Positions 6,996 to 12,429 of a stretch of DNA of 12,429 bases are shown here, in pieces (positions within the stretch are counted from its first letter, which is position 1; every line of letters starts with the position of its first letter). The position numbers and the translations under genes were made by a program. The stretch is taken from the NCBI GenBank assembly GCA_964236955.1, contig CAXSGP010000120.1, forward strand, positions 1 through 12,429. Direction: 5' to 3'. A model generated the notes under the pieces. The model made no database searches, was not told the DNA's origin, and saw only the letters and a list, made by a program, of their open reading frames with translations. This DNA comes from an uncultured Oligoflexus sp. (lineage in GTDB: Bacteria; Bdellovibrionota_B; Oligoflexia; Oligoflexales; Oligoflexaceae).

Positions 6996-7736
6996 TTGAT
7001 GCAAGAAGCTTTAAATAATTTCTATATGCGTTTCAAGTTTTTAACTTTGGGATTCTGGCTTGTGTCCTGCATTCATGTTGGCAGCAGCAGGCCATCACCG
7101 CTGCTTGGTCTTTACTTCAAGGTAAAAGTCGGCCGCTCCCATACCCTCGATCAAATCGCAACGACTTTTCAGGTCCCTGCCGCTCGAATTCAATACGCGA
7201 ATCAACTCAATTCGCGGCGCTATTTGCAGCCCGGATCTATCCTATTCATTCCGGTCTCAACCTATGCCCTCAAATCCCCCCGGATTCGCAAGAACTTTCC
7301 CCTCTACAATGTGAGTTCGAGTGGGACTCATGGGGCCATAGTCTATCAAAGCAACAATTCCCTCATTTGGCCAGTTGATGGCATCGTAACCTGGGGTTAT
7401 GGCGAGCGCAGTGGAAGGCTGCATCAGGGCATTGACATCAGTGCCGACCAGGGCACCCCCATACGTTCGGCTAAGAGTGGCACAGTGGACTTCGCAGGCT
7501 GGCAAAGCGGCTATGGATGGACTGTGATCGTCAATCATAATTCGTTTAAAACCCTTTATGCCCACTGCAGTAAAATACTGGTCAGAAAAAACCAGACGGT
7601 AAGGCAAGGCTTGCTTTTGGGGCTCGTAGGTTCCAGTGGCAATGCGGAAGGCTCCCATCTGCACTTTGAGTATCGAAATGGTCTCAATGCCTCCGTTGAT
7701 CCCCTGACTCGCCTTCCCGTGGATTATAGCCATTAA
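6996..7736 (+). CDS. LysM + M23 family metallopeptidase (NlpD/MepM-like), probable lipoprotein; true start probably ATG 7026
   Basis: From 7026 the sequence MRFKFLTLGFWLVSC is a lipobox-like signal (Cys 7068-7070). Degenerate LysM (VKVGRSHTLDQIATTFQV...ANQL...LQPGSILFIP). M23 domain with WPVDG, HQGID (HxxxD), YAH and HLHFE (HxH) intact. Confidence 0.9.
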   Translation: MMQEALNNFYMRFKFLTLGFWLVSCIHVGSSRPSPLLGLYFKVKVGRSHTLDQIATTFQVPAARIQYANQLNSRRYLQPGSILFIPVSTYALKSPRIRKNFPLYNVSSSGTHGAIVYQSNNSLIWPVDGIVTWGYGERSGRLHQGIDISADQGTPIRSAKSGTVDFAGWQSGYGWTVIVNHNSFKTLYAHCSKILVRKNQTVRQGLLLGLVGSSGNAEGSHLHFEYRNGLNASVDPLTRLPVDYSH

Positions 7737-7863
7737 TCCTAGGTCTGAAATCAGCTGCGATGGCTGGTGTCGCCGCCTTCAAAGGGCCTAATTTAGCAAC
7801 CAGGCACGGAGCTATTGCTTGGCTATGAGAGATTTCGGCCTGTCACCCACAACCCATGCCTTG

Positions 7864-10800
7864 TCAAGTCTGAAAGTAAGAAATGAGTTTCTCGATGATC
7901 AATTTGCGATCGATAGGCTTGCTCAGATGATCGGTAAAACCGTGAGCTATTGATTTTTCACGTTCGCCTTTCATGGCATGTGCTGTCAAAGCGATAACCG
8001 GCTTTTGGTAGCCCTGTTCGCGTAACTTAGTGACAGCTTCATAGCCATCAAGAATCGGCATTTGAACGTCCATCAGAACAATATGGTAGTCTCCAGCCAG
8101 AGCCTTGGCGACACCTTCCGCCCCGTTATCAGCCAGATCAACTGAAGCCCCTTCCCGCATGAGAATGCGTTTGATCAGAAGCTGATTGTCGGGAGAGTCA
8201 TCAACGATAAGTACAGTGGCTCCTTTCAAACCTTCCCTGGCGGGTGTAGGCATGGTCTCCGCTCCTATTTGTGAATCCGCCAGGTCCCTCGCTTCGGAAA
8301 AAGCCAGGCTTTCCAAGGGTCCTGCATCGATAGTAAAAGTGAAGTGACTGCCAAGCCCTGGGTTGCTTTTGCTTAGAAATAAATCGCCGCCTAGGGCAAT
8401 CGCCAAGCGGCGTGACAGGGGAAGGCCGAGCCCGGATCCCCCAAATCGTCTGGTCGTGGAGCTATCGGCCTGGACGAAGGGTTCCCAAATGCGATCAGTC
8501 TGTTCGGGACTGAGGCCTATACCCGTATCGAAAACGTCGAATCTTAGGCGAAGGGATGGCAGCTCCCCCTGGGAAGGACTCATGCTTATGTGGACTGCAA
8601 CGCCGCCTTTTTCAGTAAATTTGAGTGCGTTGCCGACAATATTGATAAGAATTTGCCGGAGACGCACCGGATCGGTCGTGATATTTTTCTGAACCGGGCC
8701 ATCAAAATAGAAATTGAGTCCAACGCCTTTTTCTTTTGCATGAAATCCCATCAGTTGCTGGACGTCCCGAATGAGATCCCTGAGTTCGAAACGAATTTTT
8801 TCTATTTCGAGGCGGTCGGCTTCGATTTTTGAGATATCAAGAAGTTCGTTGATAAGGCTGGAAAGTTGAGTCGCGTTCCGCCGAATGGTGATCGTGCAGT
8901 CGTGCCGATCGGCGGCGCTTTGCAGAGGTTCGAGCAAAAATTCGGAAAAGCCCAGAATAATACCAAGAGGTGTTCTGATCTCGTGACTCATATTGGCCAG
9001 AAAGCGGCTCTTGGCGGCGTTCGCGCTCTCCGCCAGACTCTTGGAAACTGCGAGTTCCATGGTGAGCTGCTTTTGTTCCTCCATATCGGTGCACGAGCCA
9101 AACCACTTTTCGGTGCCGCTGACCTCGCTTTTCGAGGGGACCGCCCTCAGCAAAAACCAACGATAGACCCCATCATGCCGCCGAAATCGAGCTTCCCCTT
9201 GAAATATCTGGCCCCTTGCGCGCGCCGTCCCCCACTTTTCGATGAGGCCTTGGTAGTCCTCGGGATGAACGAGAAGGGAGTCAGGACCCTTGAATATCTC
9301 GGGCTTGATCAGGCCTGAAAAATCAGCAAAACCGCGATTTGTGTAATCGATTGTTCCCGATCCGTCAGCCGTCCATATCAATTGCGGCATGGAATCAGCC
9401 AGATTCCTAAATTTTTTCTCACTTTCCCGTATCCTGGTCCTGGCCTCCAGCTGCAGTGTCACATCGTGAACAACGACAACGATCCCTTCTGTTTCGCCTC
9501 TCACATTGATCGTGGGCTGATAGACAAAATTGAGAAAAAAATCCTTCATCTGACCATCGTCCTGAAGGAGTTGGACGGGCGTTTCGATCCCGTGAAAGGG
9601 GCGGCCGGTTCTATAAACTTCATCAAGGAGTTCAGGAAAACCTTGAAATTCAATCTCCGGCAGGGCCTTGCGGATTGTCTTGCCAACCAGCTCACGTCTG
9701 CCGAAAAGCAAGCCTATATAAGCGGGATTTGCCAATGTGATAAGATGCTCGGGTCCTTCCAAAACGCAAATTGGTGCGGGTGCCTGCATAAAGACGGAAA
9801 ATAGCTTCTCCCGCTCCAAAATCGCTTCCGCCCTGAGTTTGCCGATCTGAAGATGCGTATTCACCCGCGTCACCAACTCTTTCGCGGAAAAGGGCTTCAC
9901 CAGATAATCATCGGCTCCCGCTTTCATCCCTTCGACCTTTGATTCCGAGCCCGCCCGCGCGGAAAGCATGATAACGGGTATGGCGCGCGTCCTCTCGTTT
10001 TCTTTCAGTGCTGAGAGCAGTCCAAAGCCATCGAGTCGAGGCATCATGACATCGGTGAGGATGAGATCGGGTCGGTCCGATAGAGCGCGTGCAAGTGCCG
10101 CCTCACCATCGTTGACCGCCATCACGCGCCAGCCCTCAGCTTCCAGCAGTTTACAGACATAATGCCTCATGTCGGTGTTGTCGTCGGCAAGCAGGATACG
10201 GGCTCCAGGATTGGCTCCGCCGCTTCCTCCTGATAAAGCGGGAATGGCGAGCAAACTGGGTCTTTCTCTTGGGCCGGATCCTTCACCTCCCGGCACCCAT
10301 CGAAGGGCCTCGTCTACGAACGGTGCCGCTCCCAGCGCATTGGACGCAAGGTTTCGGTCTTTGCCAATGCGGGCCTCAGGAAGGTGGGCTTTGCCAAGGG
10401 GCATGCGCACGCTGAAGGTGCTTCCCTGCCCATAGAGGCTTTTGACTGTGACGGTGCCGCCGTGCAGCTTCACGAGTTCTTGAACGAAGGCAAGGCCGAT
10501 ACCAGTGCCCTCATGGGTACGCCCGCTTGCACCCTCAACACGGTGAAAACGCTCAAAAATATGGACCAGCTCCCCTTCCGCAATGCCGGTTCCAGTATCC
10601 GTGACCGTAAACTCAAGCTGGTCCCCCACTTGCTGGAGCATGACAGTGATTTTACCTTCGAAGGTATATTTGAAAGCGTTGGAGAGAAGATTCAGGACGA
10701 TTTTTTCCCACATATCGCGATCGACATAAGCCGCTGTCGTCAATGCCGAGCAGTTCAGCTCAAGTTCCATCCCCGCGCGTTCGATAAGCGAGCGGAAGCC

Positions 10801-12153
10801 ACTGGCAAGGTCTTTCGTCAAGCTTGATAAATCGGTCTGCTCGTAATTCGCCTGGAGCCTGCCGGCCTCGATGCGCGAGAAGTCGAGAAGTGAGTTGACG
10901 AGTTTCAAAAGACGCCGACCGTTTCGATGGACTATCTCCAGCTCCGTCCGGTCTTCGTCATTAAGAGTGCTGTGTTGCCTACCCAGTATATCTTCCATAG
11001 GCCCGAGCATCAGCGTCAGCGGCGTGCGAAATTCATGGCTGACGTTGCTAAAAAACGCCGTCTTTGCCCGGTCAATTTCTGCCAGCGCTTCGGCACGGCG
11101 TCGTTCCTGCTCAAAGGCTCGCCCGTTGGCGATGGCGGTGGTCACGGCAGCGGCAAGGAGGTCGTAGAAACCGCGGTAGACTTCATCGAGGGCAAGGCGT
11201 GCGCTAACCCCCGCAACGAGAACACCGACTGCCCGTTCCGCCCCTGGCGGCGTGATTGGCAGCAGTATGGCCCCCTTCGGCGACTCGGGATAGGGGCCAG
11301 ACCTGAGGTGTTCAAACCGACTATCCAGATGATCAAGTTCTAGCGCGCTTCCCGACAGGAAAACCGCGCCAAGAGGCCAGGTGGCGGAAACCCATAATTC
11401 TTTATCCATGGAGATCGCGTAAGCCTGGGCGTCCTCTTGGAGTCCTGTGAGGCCAACGAGACGAGCGGATGTTCCCCCATCCTCAAAGAGGTAAAGTAGA
11501 GCGAAGGGTACGTCCGTAGCATGATCGGCTAGTGTCTGAACGGTAAGCGTGCAGGCTTCGTCGATGGTCTTGGATTTCGCAGTCCGGTCCGCGACATCTT
11601 TTAGGACACGGGTACGGCGTTCGCTTAGAATCTTGCCCGTCATCTCGACTACGGGATGAAAGAGACCCCCAATGCCACCGCTTTCGTCACGGATTGGGCT
11701 GAAGGAAAAGGAAAAGAAAGTCTCCTCGAGGAAACCGTTACGATCGAGAAAGATGCGCTGATTTTCCAGAAAAGAGGTCTCACCAACCAGCGCACTTTCA
11801 TACGCATCACCTATGACACCCCAGGCCTCGGCCCAGCACTCCCGAAAGTTTTGGCCCATCGCGCGCGGATGTTTGCCGCCACAGATAGGAACGTAGCCGT
11901 CATTGTAAATCAGGACGCCGTCAGGACCCCATGCGATCGCAATGGGAAAGTTAGAGGCCAGGCAAAGATCGACGGTCGTGCGCAGACTCTGTGGCCATGC
12001 CTCCCACGGCCCGAGTTGCGTCCTTGACCAGTTGACGCCGCGAACAAGTCGGCCCGTCTCCCCGCCACCGGATAGTTTTTCGCCAATCGAGGCCATTTTT
12101 TTCTTATCGAATTCATTCATAGCATGGCTTTCAATGAAATTTGCCTGGGACAA
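7864..12153 (-). CDS. Hybrid sensor histidine kinase: PAS-like, GAF, HisKA-HATPase, REC, PAS, PAS, HisKA-HATPase, REC
   Basis: 1429-aa ORF, TTG start with AGGAG 9 nt upstream (alternative ATG at 12120). Core 1: SHEFRTPL (His ~11036), LNLLSNAFKYT, DTGTGI, GTGIGL. REC1: LADDN, TDVMMP, KPF. PAS repeats begin FMQAPAPICVL and ADSMPQLIW...VHPED. Core 2: SHEIRTPL (His ~8984), NIVGNALKFT, DTGIG, GGSGLGL. REC2: VDDS, MDVQMP, KPI. Confidence 0.95.
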   Translation of the reverse strand: MSQANFIESHAMNEFDKKKMASIGEKLSGGGETGRLVRGVNWSRTQLGPWEAWPQSLRTTVDLCLASNFPIAIAWGPDGVLIYNDGYVPICGGKHPRAMGQNFRECWAEAWGVIGDAYESALVGETSFLENQRIFLDRNGFLEETFFSFSFSPIRDESGGIGGLFHPVVEMTGKILSERRTRVLKDVADRTAKSKTIDEACTLTVQTLADHATDVPFALLYLFEDGGTSARLVGLTGLQEDAQAYAISMDKELWVSATWPLGAVFLSGSALELDHLDSRFEHLRSGPYPESPKGAILLPITPPGAERAVGVLVAGVSARLALDEVYRGFYDLLAAAVTTAIANGRAFEQERRRAEALAEIDRAKTAFFSNVSHEFRTPLTLMLGPMEDILGRQHSTLNDEDRTELEIVHRNGRRLLKLVNSLLDFSRIEAGRLQANYEQTDLSSLTKDLASGFRSLIERAGMELELNCSALTTAAYVDRDMWEKIVLNLLSNAFKYTFEGKITVMLQQVGDQLEFTVTDTGTGIAEGELVHIFERFHRVEGASGRTHEGTGIGLAFVQELVKLHGGTVTVKSLYGQGSTFSVRMPLGKAHLPEARIGKDRNLASNALGAAPFVDEALRWVPGGEGSGPRERPSLLAIPALSGGSGGANPGARILLADDNTDMRHYVCKLLEAEGWRVMAVNDGEAALARALSDRPDLILTDVMMPRLDGFGLLSALKENERTRAIPVIMLSARAGSESKVEGMKAGADDYLVKPFSAKELVTRVNTHLQIGKLRAEAILEREKLFSVFMQAPAPICVLEGPEHLITLANPAYIGLLFGRRELVGKTIRKALPEIEFQGFPELLDEVYRTGRPFHGIETPVQLLQDDGQMKDFFLNFVYQPTINVRGETEGIVVVVHDVTLQLEARTRIRESEKKFRNLADSMPQLIWTADGSGTIDYTNRGFADFSGLIKPEIFKGPDSLLVHPEDYQGLIEKWGTARARGQIFQGEARFRRHDGVYRWFLLRAVPSKSEVSGTEKWFGSCTDMEEQKQLTMELAVSKSLAESANAAKSRFLANMSHEIRTPLGIILGFSEFLLEPLQSAADRHDCTITIRRNATQLSSLINELLDISKIEADRLEIEKIRFELRDLIRDVQQLMGFHAKEKGVGLNFYFDGPVQKNITTDPVRLRQILINIVGNALKFTEKGGVAVHISMSPSQGELPSLRLRFDVFDTGIGLSPEQTDRIWEPFVQADSSTTRRFGGSGLGLPLSRRLAIALGGDLFLSKSNPGLGSHFTFTIDAGPLESLAFSEARDLADSQIGAETMPTPAREGLKGATVLIVDDSPDNQLLIKRILMREGASVDLADNGAEGVAKALAGDYHIVLMDVQMPILDGYEAVTKLREQGYQKPVIALTAHAMKGEREKSIAHGFTDHLSKPIDRKLIIEKLISYFQT

Positions 12154-12234
12154 AAGTCCGCTCTCCTGGCGCCGCTTGGCTGATGATCGGCGCGACCGCG
12201 TCTCAAAGGGAGTGGTCTTAGGCCTGTCTGCTAG

Positions 12235-12359
12235 CTAGTGTCAGTCCGGAAAGGCGATGGCTGCGTTTCATCGGCAAAAAAAAATGCTCATTTATGGGAA
12301 TAAACTCCGCTTTTTTTCTGCCTCGCGCCTTGCCATCCCCATTTCCGGACAGACACTGG
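12235..12359. mobile_element. 125-bp palindromic MITE/REP-like element, copy 1
   Basis: 18-bp terminal inverted repeats CTAGTGTCAGTCCGGAAA (12235-12252) and TTTCCGGACAGACACTGG (12342-12359) match at 16/18. The interior is also self-complementary (GGCGATGGC/GCCATCCCC, GGCAAAAAAAAATGC/GCTTTTTTTCTGCC, TTTAT-GGGA-ATAAA). An extra CTAG precedes it at 12231-12234. No coding capacity. Confidence 0.75.
12268..12294 (-). promoter_or_regulatory. Sigma-28 consensus match inside repeat copy 1, oriented toward the hybrid kinase
   Basis: Minus strand TAAA-N15-GCCGATGA, 11/12 match to consensus. An equivalent match occurs at 12393-12419 in copy 2. Confidence 0.45.
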
Positions 12360-12429
12360 CTAGTGTCTGTCCGGAAAGGCGATGGCTGCGTTTCATCGGC
12401 AGAAAAAAATGCTCATTTATGGGAATAAA
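12360..12429. repeat. Second direct tandem copy of the 125-bp element, truncated by the window end
   Basis: 68/70 identical to 12235-12304, with differences at 12243/12368 and 12277/12402. Period is exactly 125 bp. Confidence 0.92.

Noticed and set aside
7257..7733. 158-aa antisense ORF over the M23 domain
   Set aside because: Mirror frame of a well-supported gene.
7801..7818. Sigma-54-like GGCACG...TTGC
   Set aside because: GG-to-GC spacing is 12 rather than 10, and the site lies between convergent genes.
7737..7863. Bidirectional terminator between the M23 gene and the kinase
   Set aside because: Only weak long-range complementarity (7741-7752 with 7831-7841) and no U-tracts.
8363..12238. 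Numerous ORFs antisense to or overlapping the hybrid kinase
   Set aside because: Expected by-product of codon bias in a long GC-rich gene, with no domain signatures.
12235..12429. CRISPR array interpretation of the tandem repeat
   Set aside because: The unit is 125 bp, repeats head-to-tail without unique spacers, and no cas gene is present.

Overview
Bacterial chromosomal window with five credible genes: a secreted GH43 glycosidase with DUF1080-like and beta/gamma-crystallin domains (552-2324, +), a large atypical class A PBP-like transglycosylase/transpeptidase (2321-5464, -), a stand-alone CheY-like receiver (6091-6459, +), a LysM-M23 peptidase with a lipobox-like signal (6996/7026-7736, +), and a 1429-aa hybrid histidine kinase with two kinase cores and two receivers (7864-12153, -). 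The right end holds a 125-bp palindromic MITE-like element in tandem (12235-12359, 12360->12429). The most notable non-coding signal is a recurring sigma-28 (FliA)-like motif, (T/C)AA(A/G)-N15-(G/T/A)CCG..., with a 15-bp spacer on the coding strand upstream of each gene. Two of the copies lie inside the MITE-like element and point at the kinase. The gene repertoire suggests Bdellovibrionota/Oligoflexia or another deltaproteobacterial-type host, but this is inference only. No rRNA, tRNA, CRISPR array or transposase was seen, and no complete novel system can be demonstrated from this window alone.
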